From NCBI RefSeq assembly GCF_009914755.1, contig NC_060939.1: 64,000 bases of DNA. One strand, given 5' to 3'. Positions 29,031-45,764 of this stretch are shown piece by piece. Source of the DNA: the human T2T-CHM13v2.0 reference genome, Homo sapiens. Positions within the stretch are counted from its first letter, which is position 1. Every line of letters begins with the position of its first letter. The notes under the pieces are model-generated. The model was not told the origin of the DNA and did no database searches. It saw only the letters and a program-made list of their open reading frames with translations. The translations under genes were made by a program, and so were the position numbers.

Positions 29031-30639
29031 GTCATTATCCCATTATCAATATTTTAATAAATTGGATCCATGAACCAAATCCAATGAGATTAAATCAATT
29101 AATAATAATATGCAAATTTGTATTAAAATTATAAGAATTACTTTCACATTTGAGAACAGGAGAGTCATGATTGTTTATCAGCAATAATAAACATTATTAA
29201 TTTTAATTGTGATCAGCTAATTGAGATTAGTTGCAATATATCATGCTTTATAATGTGACTGTCAAAAGGAAAATATGATTGTAATCTTACATTACATCTA
29301 TCAATGTCTTTGATTCATAAGACTATAGAGTAAGCCCCTACTTTTCAAAGCCAACTTATGAGGCAGTGACATCTTATGCAAGTTTGCTGCTTTCTGCCAC
29401 AGTGATCCTTTGTCAGCTGGCACAAATTGTTTCACAAACGCCCCTAGGTCTAAAAATAGTTTGGATCGCAATGATCACAGAAACACCTTCATCCCTTCAG
29501 AAATACCTATCAATTACTTCCAATACAGAATGAAAAATTGACAAAGGAAATATGTGGATTGTAAAAACACCAGTTAGCTTGCATCTACATGAAAGAAAAA
29601 TGCCATTTTTATTATATTAGATCACTGTTTTACATGAGTTTTGGCACAGCACAATGTTGAACCAAGGGCAAAGAGAGATGAATTAATGAAGTCTTAAGAT
29701 ATCAAGAATTTGAAAGAAAAGGCAGGTCATCTTTGAAGGTTAGTGACATAGCATTCATCTTCTGTTGTCACCTTTTCCGTCATTCCCTGTATGCCTGAGG
29801 GACAGGTTTCACTCAAGTTCAGAGAACAGCATGAAAAATTAGATACCAATTAATCTTTATGAAGTGAGCTGCATTTCTAGCCAGACTGAGCTTGCGTTTT
29901 AGCAGGAAGCATTTTTGGGAAATGTTTATGTTAGAGTTTGCCCTTCTTGACAAGGTGATACATAAATGTCTACTTTATAGACATGAATTAAGATGGGAAG
30001 ATATTTGGGGGAATCATTTACTCAAACGCTAAATAATAAAGGTACACAAAGGGCAAATTATACTAGATTTCTTTCCCACTTGTTTTCTATGTCTCATGCA
30101 ATTCACCTTGATTCACTTCAGTTTCTGTTTAATGTAGAAAGTGGCATTTTCATTATTTTAAGCTTCTAGCACAATGAAAGAATTTCTCTTTTTCATGAAC
30201 AGGATCATAAATGAAAGGGAGGAAGAGTGTCCTATATCATATTTATTGTTCAACAAAACACTGCTCCACGGCTTAAATTCAGTTTAAAAAAGAGAATTTA
30301 TTGAACATCTAACACATACATAAAAGGCAGTAAAGACAAATCAGAAGAGGGCAGGATATTGAAGTATACAGACTTCAATGCTGAGTTTTATATCTTAGAA
30401 AGTTACTCCACCTTACAGAGGCTCAATTTCCCCTGATTTAGGAAGGCGATGCTAATGGGTATTGCATAGGTGCAAGCATAAAAGTGTTGTATTTAAGAGA
30501 ATCCCACAAGCTTGGTATAAGGCAGAAAATAAATAGATGTGACATGAATAAGTAGTTTATTACATTTGTATGCTACCTGCGGACTAGAGGAAGCAAGAAA
30601 CACAGCCACTATGCTTGATTAGCATTACAGAGATGGTAC

Positions 30640-30860
30640 AACGATGGTTGCCAGAAGCTGGGGGTAGGAAGAAATGGGGAAGTATTGTTTAATGGGTATA
30701 GAGTTTCAGTTTTACAAGATGAAATGAATTATGGAGATGGATAGTAGGGACGGCTGCACAATGTTATGACTATGTTTAGTACCACTGAACTGTACACTTA
30801 AAGTGGTTAACAGGGTACATTTTATGTTATGTGTATTTTACCACAATAAAAAAATAAAAT
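30640..30860 (+). mobile_element. L1MB 3' end
   Basis: TTTAATGGGTATAGAGTTTCAGTTTTACAAGATGAA...CCACTGAACTGTACACTTAAA...TATTTTACCACAATAAAAAA. Confidence 0.85.
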
Positions 30861-31689
30861 ACCTTAGGAACATTTTCATGAAAAATCCCACATAAAATTC
30901 ATTTTAATGCACGTGTTTATGCATAGCTTTCTATTTTTCTCTTTTCTCTTTATATTCCAAATTCTAATCAGAGAAGGGAAACCCCTCTGTACCTCCAGGA
31001 TATTCAGTAAAGACCACTGGAGGTTCATGCCCTAGTGACAGTGCTCATTTAGCTCCAAATTACAGATTGCTCTAAACAAACTCCACAAAGTTTAAAGAGA
31101 AGATTTAAAACAACAACAGACAAATACTCATCCTGAATTTACTGAACTGCCTGCCATAACATTGTTCAAAGGTAGTCAATAAAATCTAGATATTCAATAG
31201 CATAAAATCAAAATACCAAAAAAAAACTCTGACATGCAAAGAAGCCGTAAGATATATATAATTAAGATATACATTAACAGGATAAAAATAAGTCATTTAT
31301 AAATGACAGAAAAGAAGGAAATTTCAAGGTCCTTAAAGTAAATATATTTTATAAATACATATAGATAAATACATACATATGTCAAGGTACTTAAATGAAA
31401 ATTGAACATAGGAGAAAAATAGAAGTTATAAAATGAGAAATGTGACATGTATAGATGAAAAATAAATATTTGAAATAAAAATTCCATGAGATAGAATAAG
31501 TCATGGATTTTACCCTAACATCAGAAAATTTATAGAAAAAAATAGAAGCTTTACAAACTAAAGGACAAAGGGTAAACTAAAATAAGAAAGCCAGAAACTC
31601 ACCGATACATCAGACAATATGCAGCAGTGTAACATACATGTAATTAATATCTCAAAGAGGATGGGTGGGGGAATTATAGGTGAATAAAG

Positions 31690-31871
31690 AATGGTACACT
31701 CATTCCTGAGGGCACCGAGGAGGGAGGATAGCTTTAGATTTCTAAGGGAGGGTATTATCCATTCATGAAGGTCCAACCCATGACCAAACACCTCCCAGTA
31801 AGCCCCACCTACAACATTGGGGATCAAATTTTAACATGAGATTGGAAGGGGCAAGCATTCAAACCATAGCA
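31690..31871. mobile_element. MST-type MaLR LTR fragment
   Basis: CCCATGACCAAACACCTCCCA..CATTGGGGATCAAATTTTAACATGAGATT..CAAACCATAGCA. Confidence 0.75.
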
Positions 31872-33239
31872 AGAGTTAAATTTCCTTTTTAAAAAAATCA
31901 CTGATATGATTCCATTTCACCATAGATAAAAGCTAGTATTTCAGCCTACCATCGAGTGTGCTTATAGCTCACCAAATGGGCACTCTGTCTCGGGAATACA
32001 GATTTGCCTAGAGGTATCCTAGTGCAGTCAAAGAAAGAGCAATGAGGGATAGAAAAGGTTAGTGATGGAGACACCAGCGCTGCATTTTGCAACAAACAAT
32101 GTAAAAATTTTATGGATTGGTTCTGCTAACTTACTACAGTTTACTTTCCTCTCAGGTGGGAGAATTGTTGCGTTTTTTCTCAAGATAGAAAAGCAATTCA
32201 GATAATCTGAAATCTCCACAAGAAGGATAAGAAGCATAGCAGAAATTATTCTAGGCAGGAAGTCAATCCTTTCAACTGTCTGTGCTCCATAGAAACAATT
32301 GTCTGCACTGGGAGTCATATGAGGTACAGACAACAGCCAGACCTCTGATCCTCTCATTAGTGATTTCAGAAGAAATTACCAGTCAACTGAGTAATTCACT
32401 GAGTAAAGTAAACCTTTGGCACTGAAAGAGGTTAGACGGATAACTATTTGTATCACCATATTCATGAAGCTGGAATATTTTCCATTACTGGTATCACATC
32501 CGAATGGAAGATGTTAAAAGGTCTCTCATCTTGTAAGATGGATATGAAAGAACATTTTCTGAGAAATGAAATTATTAATACACCAGCGAGGTGGATGGAA
32601 GAGAAAAAAAAGAATAATCAGCTTGAGTTCTTCTCCTTGATAAGACAACTCACTAAAAACATAAAGAGAAAAATACAAGTTTAAAATAATTAACCAGAAG
32701 ACGACTCTAGAGTTTTTAAATTGCTTATAAGATTTTAATTTGCTCCAAGTTGAAAATAATTATATTGCTTGTGTTTTAAGGCACATAATGAGCAAGTATA
32801 TCACACATGATAGTTTCAGCAGTAAAATGTTATCCGTTAACAGCTGGAACTCATAAAAGCATAGCACAATGTGAAGACGGAATTTGCTAAAATAAACCAT
32901 CTGCTGAAAACTACTATTCTGCAAATTTAAAAATAAAGTTTAAATGTTATTTGTCTTATTTAATAGGTCTGTGAAAAAAATGCGCTCTTTGAAAAGTAGC
33001 TGCTACCTTAATTAATTCTTTATGTTAGACGGCTGGTTACAGTAATGCACAGTAAGGTGCTACATAGATATATTGCTAAATTTTCTGCATGTGCTATGTA
33101 TTTGGCTTAAATGATTTGAAATTTTATAGATAAAATAACAAATGTATATTTAAATGTTTTGACACAAATTGCAAATATACCTTTAAAAAGCGTCTTACAC
33201 TCTAAATATTATTTGTCACCTATATATTTGTCTTTTCTC

Positions 33240-34170
<931 letters not shown>

Positions 34171-35139
34171 CCATATGTACAATAAATATGATTGTGCTTT
34201 TTAATCTTTTCTGTGGAGAAAACACAGGTGTGATTTCTAGTGTAGCTGAACATCGTTTATTTGACAATATTGCACTTGTGTGTGGGTGTGTGCGTGTGTA
34301 GCTACTCTTTAATTTTGTTCTCACATAATGATTAGATATTAACAATTAATACAGTAAAATGTATGTTTTGCAACATTTCTCCATGTTATCATGCTTTAAA
34401 TTAGTTTAATCATGCCCCTATAATGTGTACATTTTAACCTTTGACTATAGATCTCAATCTTACTTTGGTTCCTGAATTTGAATTTATGCTAATAAAGTCC
34501 TACAGCTAAAAAAGATTATATAAACTTATCTACATTTTTACTAGTATTCTGGTGTCATTTTAAATTATGTAATGAAATCAAATTTTAATTTGGATTATTG
34601 TTATCTGAGTTAAGGATATAAATTTTTAATTTTCTTATAAATATTACATAATTATTTCTGAACCATATATTGACTAATCTTCCCTTTATATGATGTGCAT
34701 TATAAGAGCTTGGGATTTTTTCATTTGCAAAGATGAATGCTTGAGAAGTAGATATTTAATCATAACATTTAAAAATCTACTGGATAACCTAGAATTGAAA
34801 AATAGCCTATAGGTTGAAATACTCCTGTAGTGAAGAAAGGAAATAACTAATATACAGTGATAATATAAATATTATAAGTATTTATTTTATTATCGCCCTG
34901 AAATTTGACAATACAAACATGTAATATCTACTTATCATCCATATATCAGGTCATAAAAAATCAATACGTTCTTCAAAAATTTAGCATAACAGAAAATGCA
35001 CTCTCTTTCCTTGATGGAATTAAGTTACAAATAAAAGTAAAAATAAGTAGATAAGTAGATGGAAGTAGATGTTTAAAAACAAAGTATTTGTTTTGGATAA
35101 CATAAAATCTCAATTGACAATTCCAATATTTCCAGAACT

Positions 35140-35335
35140 TTGCCTGTCAACTGGTGGAGAGTTTTCCCCAGGAGACATTTGTCAATGTCTAGGGTTATTG
35201 TGGGGATGTCAAGACTGGTGGAGGTGTGAAATTTAGAGGTCAAACGAAACACCTAGTATTGCTAGGGCAGCCTCCCACAACAAAGAATCCTCTGGTCCTA
35301 AAGGTAAGTAGCACCAAGGTTGAGAAACCATAATC
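35140..35335. mobile_element. MER20-like hAT element
   Basis: GACATTTGTCAATGTCT...CCCACAACAAAGAAT...CCAAGGTTGAGAAACC. Confidence 0.7.
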
Positions 35336-35457
35336 TAGACAGTAAACACTACGTAGCTATTCCAAGTGCTCAGGAAAACACATCAGTGCCCTCGAGGGGA
35401 AAAGTGTAAACATTTTAATTGCTGTACATGGTGACACAAATCCATGTTGTTAATCTA

Positions 35458-35900
35458 AGTGGAAGGGGCTGAAGCACAAAACGTAATTCAAAGAGTTTAC
35501 TTGAGCCAAAATGAGGACAGCTGCCTGGAAGAAACAGACGCAAGTATCCTTGGATATGAACTCCCTTTGGAGCTTTGCAACAAGCAGTTTCTTAAAGGCA
35601 AAAACGAGTCCAGAAGTGGGATGATGCAAAGAGGTTTGTCAGAAATTCTCATTGGCTTATGGAAATAACATTTATTAGTGACTGGCTATACACTGTTACA
35701 CTATTATTGGGTGTGGATTATAGTGTCTGGTGTGGCATTATTGGTTAATTTATAGCTACTGTGGCAACAGCAAGCAGCCTAGATGAACACACAGCTCAAA
35801 GAGGAGCAGGACAGAACTGCTGTCTCATTTGAATATCTCTCTGGGCCTGATTATTTAAAAGGACTTGCATTTCTCACATGAAAGTTATTTTCTTTTCTCA
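35458..35900 (-). mobile_element. ERV1 MER4-group-like solo LTR
   Basis: AGAGTTTACTTGAGCCAAAATGAGGACAGCTGCCTGG near the start. Ends AAAGTTATTTTCTTTTCTCA. Confidence 0.55.
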
Positions 35901-36064
35901 ATGTCCATAAATGAGAATAAATAGATGTAAAATAGATCTTTTCGAGGATGAAGTAAATGGAATGAAAAACAAAACCCAAGCTGACCAGAAATCATAGAGG
36001 GAAAGAAAAGGTTATAAATATATGGATTTTTCAAAGTGCTTTTAAGCTATCAGGAATCAGTTAA

Positions 36065-36630
36065 ATGTTAGGGGATTTTTTCTGAGAATGGGCTAAAGGA
36101 GAATGTCCCTTTTGCCTTCTGAAGTTTCCCTGAAAATCACTAATAGGAGGCAGATAAATAGTAGAAAAGGCATACAGGTTTCTGCAATGTGTGTACACTG
36201 GAGCCCTTAGAACAAAGATCCAGACACACGATGCGTGCAGAAGCTTATCTACCACATGAAGTTTACAGAAAGAATGGGGTCTTGGTTCACAGGGGGAAAA
36301 AAAAAGGTTATGAGAGAAAACGACCCTGGCTAGCAACAGTGGACTTATTACATAGGTGGAACCTCACTGGGAGCAGTCCTCAGAGAGAATAGACAGAAAA
36401 TGTTTCTTTCAGACCTTTGGAGACCTCAGACTCTCAGTTAACCTTTCCTATATCCAGACAAGGGAGCAGACCTCAGAGAAAGCCTTGCTGCATCAAGGCA
36501 GATTCTCTACCGATGCAAATCTCCCCAAGAAAGATTTGCAGCTAAGTTTGCGTTTCCAGCCCTTCTCAATAGCCATTTTGAAATATATGAAGGAAATATA
36601 TTTAGGGGTAAAATATATTAGTTTCCTTCA
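36065..36630 (-). mobile_element. ERV1 MER4-group solo LTR
   Basis: TG...CA termini. Ends GAAATATATTTAGGGGTAAAATATATTAGTTTCCTTCA. Confidence 0.65.
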
Positions 36631-38559
36631 TACAGCTATAAAACATACAGGAATAATTTTTGTCAATGTCTACTACAAATCCAATATAGCAGTAATTATA
36701 AAACCCAACAGATATTGAAGAAAAAACATGTAGAGTACATCAATTACAAATGTTGATACTAAAATGCCAAATAAAATAAAAATAATATCTAACAATGTTT
36801 GAAACAGTAAGACAAGAAATTGGCAAAAAAAATAAAACAAATATCCACCTTGGGGATGGAAGTGTGTTTCCAAATTTGGTAATCCAATAATATTAATAAT
36901 CATATTGATTAGCCCAAATTAAAAATAAATAGGGGATTCTCAGTACATGCTAAAATATATTTGTTAAAAGGCAATATTCATGTCTTTAAAGATTTTAAAT
37001 GCTATAAAGAGTCTGATATTCTATATGCAAACATGTGTATGTCCATTAGAAGAAGAGAGGCCTGATTTTCATATGTTACTACATAGAGATAGAGAAGTGG
37101 GTAGATTAATTTGCATATGCATAGAGAAAGCATAAAATAGAAATTTACTATCATATTAAAGGAACTTTAATTCAACAATAAAATAATTCAAAGGTAAAAT
37201 TTTAAATATTTTTAACAGGTACATTATTAATATTAGATAATATTTATAATAATTGTGAAAATATTCAATGCTAAAATAAGATAGAATGTCTAAACATCAG
37301 CACTAAAACTAGTATAAATATTTGCTTGTTTATACAAGGAAAATTCAAGCTCGACCTAAAATTATATAAGAAATAAAAGAAAAATTTTAAGGGAGATCTT
37401 TAATAACATAAACATATATATACACACACACACACACATATAACATGTATATATGTTATATGGGATATAGATTTAACATGTTATATCTATATTTGTATCT
37501 ATAACTACAGCTGTACGTATCTACATTTCTATATATTTACTCAGTGATATAAATATAGACTGGAATAAATATAGAGACACATATGATTCTTGGATAAAAA
37601 GGATTTAGGATCATAAAGACAAATTCTTTCCAAATTCACTTATGAATTCACAACAATATACAGTTTCATTAGTATAATTTAAAATTTTTAAATAAATTCC
37701 AAGATTCATTTAAAGGAATATAAATGTATACAAGCAGTCAAGAAAGAAGCAACAGTGCACTAAACTAACTTGCTATTAAAATACATTTTTAAACTTAGTA
37801 ACTGAAACTGAGTAGTACTGATTTGGAGTACTGGAATTTAGGTATATGGAATCTCAAAAGCACAGAGCTCAAAGCAGACCCCTGTATGCACGAGAGCTTA
37901 GGATGTGCTTTAGAAGGCATTACCAAACCACGGGCAAAGTTACTTCAGTGTCTTAGTCTTACTAGGTTTGAAAAGCCAGAGAAAAGACTCAAGGCCACCA
38001 TATAAGAGCAAAACAAAAGGACAGGGAAAGAACGTGAAGATACTGAAACATTTTACATAAAGTTGTATAAAACACCCTTTAAAGAAAATATAAAGTTTAG
38101 GATATACATCAAAATCAGCAGAGCCACTAAATAAATAAATAGGCATTGTAAAATAGCAAGAGAAAATTTAAATGGATTTCTAAAAAATATTGACACCTAT
38201 GATTTTTAAAATATGTTTAAGAAATCTCGTATTTCACAGGGCAGCCTTTCACAACACAGATATGTTAGGACATAAAGGTCCTTCTGTTTTTAATTTACTA
38301 GTGTTTATAGGGTTACAAATGTCTTCTACCCTTGTCTTTTGTCTGATGGTGCAAAAAATTTTCATAAGCATGTATTTCTGAATGCCTGATGGATTGACAT
38401 ATAAAATATGCTGCTAGTATTAAAATATGTGACGGAAAACGCATCCAATCTTCTCACTGTTTACATAAATTCTAGGTTTCTATTTACCTCAAGCACGTAT
38501 GGAGCGAATTCTTACCTTTTAATATTGCCATGGCATTCACATTGAACATAAGTTGAACT

Positions 38560-39620
38560 CTCTCATATGGTAGCTGGGTTCAGATTCTCTTGACAATTTC
38601 CAGTTCTAACCCTCACAGTTCCTCAGTGTGGCTGGCCCAGATATTGACCCTACACAGTTGCCTCCTCCTGGTGACTACCAGCTATGGAACCGTTGGATAC
38701 AACCTACCTGACTCACCCCACAGACCTCACAGTGCACATGGACAGCCCCCACACGCCAGAGTGACCTGCTCGGTTGCAGCGGGAGTCAAGAAATGTGCCT
38801 GCTGGCACTCACCCCACCGACTAGTGCCCCGTGGAAAACTTATTTGGGTAATGTTCTGGGCCCAATAAAGGCTGGAGTCCCACAGACCCCTTTTCTCTCT
38901 CCTGCTCCCCACTCATCTTCCCCATTTTGTTCAGCCCTATGAGGTGTGCTACTGTATTAGTCCGTTTTCACACCGCCGGTAAAGACATGCCCAAGACTGG
39001 GTAATTTCCAGAAGAAAGAGGTTTAATAGACGCACAGTTCCACATGGCTGGGTAGGCCTCACAATCATGGTGCAAGGTGAAAGGCACGTCTCACATGGCA
39101 GCAGACAAGAGAGCTTGTGCAGGGAAACTCCCCTTTATAAAACCATCAGATATTGTGAGACTTATTCACTATCAGAAGAACAGCATGGGAAAGACCTGCC
39201 CCCATGATTCAATTACCTCCCACCTGTTCCCTCCCACAACATGTGGGAATTCAAAATGAGATTTGGCTGGGGACACAGCTAAACCCTCTTCTCAGCTACC
39301 CTCTTCTCTCTGGATCTGTGAGTAATAAACCTACTTCTGTGATTTCCCATGTTTGGTTCTGTGGCCTCCATGGGTCTGAGCTGATCTACACTGGAACCTA
39401 ACTCTCCTCCTGGCCAGGGTCTCTGAGAGTGGCTCTTGTCAGAAATACACAGGACACAGGTCAGGCAACATTCACCAGGCGTCTCCTAGTCTCAACAGAT
39501 GTTCTGTGAGAGGGAGGCCTGGTCGTGGGATGCACACCTGGCCACTGCTGGGGTAAGGAAGTGTACTGTGAAAGGCACATGTTAAGCATCCACAACCCCC
39601 TGACCAGAACCCCAGAAAGG
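38560..39620 (+). mobile_element. ERVL LTR (MER73/MER74/MER54-like) split by a THE1B
   Basis: CCCAATAAAGGCT..TCCCACAG and CTGTGAGTAATAAAC motifs. The sequence resumes after the THE1B TSD. Confidence 0.55.
38953..39294 (-). mobile_element. THE1B-like MaLR solo LTR
   Basis: TGTATTAGTCCGTTTTCAC...CATGATTCAATTACCTCCCAC...CTCA. Perfect 5-bp TSD GCTAC at 38948-38952 and 39295-39299. Confidence 0.92.
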
Positions 39621-40866
39621 CAGGGCTCCAATTGACAGTCACTCTCCAGAGACAAACCTCAAGCCCTAACTGGAGGAAAAGAAAACAATGTAAAAAGTTG
39701 AATTTATCTTACTATTTCAATGATCCAGTAAAGACATTCTATGCCTGTACACCACATATTTTCTTCGACTGTGGATTTATTTTAGATAGAATTTTATGTC
39801 TGGCTTTTGCTTTAGCCTGGTCCCTACCTCAAGCATAAGGTAAAGATTTTCCATGGGTTCTTTTCTGGTACTACTACCTGCCAGGGTGGGGTCATGTCCT
39901 AGTCTATCTTGAGGGAATCCCCCTGTTCATTATTGTCAGAGTGAGAATGTTAAGTCTTGATTTCCCTGGACAACTTCACTGCATGACTTTTAATATGATT
40001 TTTTAATACACCCTTTACTGGACAATAAATTATATAGTTATCTGAGTAAGAGATATGGTCTGGAAAAGGCATTGCCTCATTCAGCTTTTCTCTTTGGTGA
40101 ACTCGCATATGTTCTCCTCACCCGCCAGTCACCTCTAAATCGTATTGTTCCAAGACAACAAACAGAACTCGAGTCTGTATCTTTCACCACTGGATTTGTG
40201 TTTGCTCCATAAATCTTCATGCTTAATAGGGTTTCTGTTAGCATTTTCTCTATTTATTTTCCCATAAAATATCACAGGCCTTCTTCATATGGAATTATGG
40301 GTGATTTCCTTCAATCTGCATCATATCAAGTTGAGGTTCATGTTGATGAAAAGTAAAACATACGTTGAAAATATCAGTAATGATGTTTTCCCCTCCTTTT
40401 TAGCATCTGTGCTTGTGATACAAGCACATTTTAATACAATTGTAGTCTCATGCTTTGATCATTCCTATGATGAAAATAACATTTTTAGATAAAATATCTG
40501 AGTTTTATGAGGCCTTTAGTATGTGATGTGATAGAATATCAGAAGACCATACTTTTCTCTAGTTTTCCATGCAATTCTACCATTGTTTCATCTTTACTCC
40601 TACGAGAGTAATTTTCCAAAATAGATATCTTGTCACTCTTCCTGTTGTTATCAGTAAATAAGTGAAATGAAAAGTTAGATTATATAATTTATGTAGAAAA
40701 AGAAAGTAGAATTGAATCTATATTCATTAATGAGACTAACCAGTCAATTTCACAGATAGGCATTTTACATTTTGAAGATCATATGGACCCATTGTCAGAA
40801 ATATTATTATTTATGTCTATATGGACATCACCTGTGCATATTTATATAGAAATCAATGAGAGCTGA

Positions 40867-41177
<311 letters not shown>

Positions 41178-42159
41178 AAGCTGATTTTTAAAATACTGAG
41201 ATAATATAGATGACAGCACCTGAAAAATAGACAACACCAATCTTTATGTTAAAAGGTGTGAGGGTATCAATATTGTTGTGGCTATTGGGGAGGAAAACAT
41301 TAGTAAAACCAGTAAGTTAAAGCTCTTGCTTTAAACTTTGGCTTTAATTTAACAAATGTTCTACGGAGTGACAGTATGTATGTAACCATGCTATGCCCAT
41401 TCACAGATGCAGTAGAGGGAAGAATTTCTCAAAGACAACTGTTCTAAGACTCAAATTAAACCGTACTGGGTTTGAAAAGAGAAAGTCCAGGAACTACCAA
41501 ATATTTTAGATATCAGATACAAGAGAATGCCAGGTATGCGATGATAATCAGCAATGGTTGTTCACACAATACATCAAATCAGTATTTGAATTAGCTTTTG
41601 AATTACAAGGACAAATGGATCAACTCTAGACTCTTTAGTAGATAAATCTTATTAGGCTGAGATATGTTTTCCCCTGGTTTTCCACAAGGAGATTACAAAT
41701 TTGCAAACCTCAGCTGCTCTCATTTTATGCTCTCACCAAGCCAAAAGCTGAAGTTCATCAATCAGTGTGTCTAAGTGTTCACTGGTTATATACCATTTTG
41801 TAGTTTCAGCTCTCTTTCCAGCTTCCTAAATCATCACCTTCATTTGATCTTGTTTTTTTACACTATCACTTCTTTATTGACCATATAAAGAATATAAGTA
41901 AGTTCTTATTTTGTTATTGTTCATTCTAGTCTAATTTCATCAAAATATCACAATGTTTTAATTTCATTTTAATTTCAAATATTAAATGAAACCTACATAG
42001 AAATGTGTGTAAGATTTGCATTTGCATTACTTTGGCATCAATTTGCTATCCTCCCTCATGCACATAGAGATCATTTCCATGTACGTGATTTCAAACATCC
42101 AAGTGCAGTATTAAAAGCAGTTGTAAATTATGGTTCTCATTTTCATGATACAATTACAA

Positions 42160-42975
<816 letters not shown>

Positions 42976-43065
42976 CAGACATAATCTATTTACCTGCAGA
43001 TTAAAGCATTCTTTATTTTTCTGTCTCCCTCTCTTAATTTTTCTTGAAATAATATGAATTGTAGT

Positions 43066-43712
43066 AAAGAGAAAGAAAGAAAAGAAAACAAAGAAAGAAA
43101 AAGAAGGAAGGAAAGAAGGAAGGAAGGAAGGAAAGAAGAAAGAAAAGAAGGAGGAAATGAGGGAAGGAAGGGAGGGAGGGAGGGAGGAAGGGAGAAAGGC
43201 AGGAAGGGAGAAAAAAGAAAGCATGAACACAAGAAAGAAAGAAGGAAAGAAAGAATGAAAGAAAGAGAAAGAAGAGAGAAACAGAGAAAGAAAGAAAGAA
43301 AGGAGGAAGGGAGGAAGGAAAGGAGGAAGAGAGAATGGTAAAAGGGAGGAAGGCAAAGAAACAAAGAAAATAAAGAAGCGAAGGAAGGAAGGAAAAAGAG
43401 GAAAGGAAGGGAGGGAGGAAGGAAGAAAAGGAGGGCAGGAGGAAGGGAGAAAAAAGGATAGAAAGCAAGAACGTGAGAAAGAAAGAATACGAGAAAAGAA
43501 GGAAGAAAAGGGAGGGAGAAAGAAGGGAGGGAGGAGGGAAGGAAGAATAAGGGGAAAGAAAGAAAGAAGGAAAGAAGGAAGGAAGGAGAAAAAAGAAAGA
43601 ATAGAAAGAAAGGAAAGAAAAAAGAAAAGGAAGAGGAAAAGAAGAAAGGAAGGAAGAAGGCAAGGGAAGGGAAGAGAAGAGAAGAGAAAGGAAGATGGAA
43701 AGAAGGAAGGAA
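43066..43712. repeat. ~650 bp GA-rich polypurine tract (GAAA/GGAA/GGGA)
   Basis: Directly visible. Confidence 0.97.
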
Positions 43713-43779
43713 TAACGCAAATATTAGAAATTCTGGGTTTGTTAGAGAATATGCCATACTGTTTTTTTTTTTCACTTGA

Positions 43780-44420
43780 AAGGAAAGAGTATCTGCCATT
43801 GAAGATCGGATGTCTTGTTGGTGATATTGCTTTTCTTATCTTCCACATGATTACTGAGTTTGTGCCTAGTCTTTCCATTACTAAGACAAAAGTGTTGAAG
43901 CCTGCAAATATAATTTTGGATTTTTCTAGTTCACCTTTGATTTCCTTCATGTTTTACCTCATGTATTTGGAGGTTCTGTTGTTAGCTGCATATCCTAATT
44001 AGTAGGATGTTTACATATTCTTGAGAATTGATTATTCTATTATCTATCATCTCTCATCTCTGATACTATTTCTTGTTCCGAACTCTGTTGTGTCTAATAT
44101 CAATGTAGTCCTTCCACAGCCTTATTTTACTGTTTCCATTATATGGCTTTCTCCATATCTTGATGATAACCTATTTATATCTCTATATATTTGGAGCAAG
44201 ATATAAAATTTAGACTTGGTTTTTTAAAGATTTTTCAAGATGGAATTGTTATTTCTTTTTGTTCTATTTGACATTCTCTGAGTTTCCTATATTTGAAGTT
44301 TGATTTTCTGTCACTTATTTTAGAATATTTTTGGCAGTTATTTTGAAAAATATTTCTTTTGCTCCATTATATTTCCCTCTTTTCTTTTTGGGATTTCAAT
44401 CATAACTAGAGTAGGTAATT
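43780..44420 (-). mobile_element. Old L1M fragment
   Basis: The minus-strand frame reads ELKGELEKSKIIFAGFNT-like (EIKGELEKSKIIFAGFNT), resembling a degenerate L1 endonuclease IIVGDFNT motif. Confidence 0.65.
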
Positions 44421-44639
44421 TCATCTCAGTCTTATGCAGGTACTTTTTCTCAGGGTCTCAGGAATGTAGCCTTCTCACACTTCTGTTCTTCTCCTGGCTG
44501 TGTTGGTGAGCTCAGTGATATTCCTCCTTCACCTTCAAGAGCAGTTTTGTTTTGTTTTTCCTGTTTTCATACTTCCAGCATCAGGAGTATTCTAAGTGTG
44601 GCAGTTTTTGTTGCCTTCCCCTACATATTAAGTGGAATA

Positions 44640-44920
44640 TCTTGGTCTATTTGGACTCTTATAACAAAATAACATAAACCGCGTGACTAAAAAACAACAG
44701 ATATTTCTTTTTTCACACTTCTTGAGGCTGTAAGATCTCAGGTCAAGATGCTCACAAATTCAGTGTTGATGAGAGCCCATTTCATGATTCATAGATGGTG
44801 CGTTCTTTCTATGTCCTCACATAGTGGAAGGCACACAAGAACTCCATTGAGCTTCTTTTATAAAGGCACTAATCCCATTCATAAGGGCTCGGCCCCCAAG
44901 ACCTGGTCACCTCCCAAGTG
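44640..44920 (-). mobile_element. MLT1A-like LTR fragment
   Basis: TATAAAGGCACTAATCCCATTCATAAGGGCTC..CACCTCCC. Confidence 0.7.
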
Positions 44921-45764
44921 TTCTGCTCTCCCTGATCTGTGTCATATACAGACTCTCTTAGATTCCTTACCAATTGCTTGAGAGATCGCAGTGGGTTTGT
45001 GGGGAAAAAGTTTTCAAGATGATGGATCTTTCCCAACTTCTGCAGCTGTCAGCAGTCTCCCAATCTCACAAGCCCCACTTTGTCTTTAGAAATTTATTGA
45101 TTATTCCAGCTTTACTTGTCATAGTGGCGTCTATTTGCATCTGTCCTATGTAAGTGCATCTGTCTTCTTTCTCCTTGCAGGTGCTTGTTTTCCCTCACAT
45201 TTTGACTCAGTTCTTGGCATCGTCGTTGCTATAAAAATAAAATCATGACTTTGAAGTTAGTTTGGTTCTTTCATTGTTGTCAGGTTAGGAACCCTATTCT
45301 ATCCCAGATCTCCAAAACCCAGACTTTTTGGGGGGTTGAAATTTTAGGCTTTCTCTTTGAATTGTAGTTTTATCTTCTTTCAGTTACCATTTGCATTTTC
45401 ATAATGATTAATGAGACTAAGGTTTTTTTGCATAGTTGACTGTACCTTTGGATTTTTTTCCCAAATACCTTTTTATTTCTTCTTTTCTTTATGGTTTTAG
45501 AAAATGTAGTTTATGTAATTGCAGCTTGATTTTTTACTCAGTTAATGGCATGCTTAATGGAGAGAAAAAATATTAAATATATTTCCCTTTTTAATTACTG
45601 TGCTTTTTTCTTTTTTAAGGAAATGTTTCATTATGTTCAATTTCAGTGTTATTCTACTTAGCTATTCCTTAAATATTATAGTATTTTGGATTTCACATGT
45701 ACATTTATAACATATCTTGAGTTTATTATGTATAGAGTAAGACTATTTTCTCTTTTTTGTTTTT

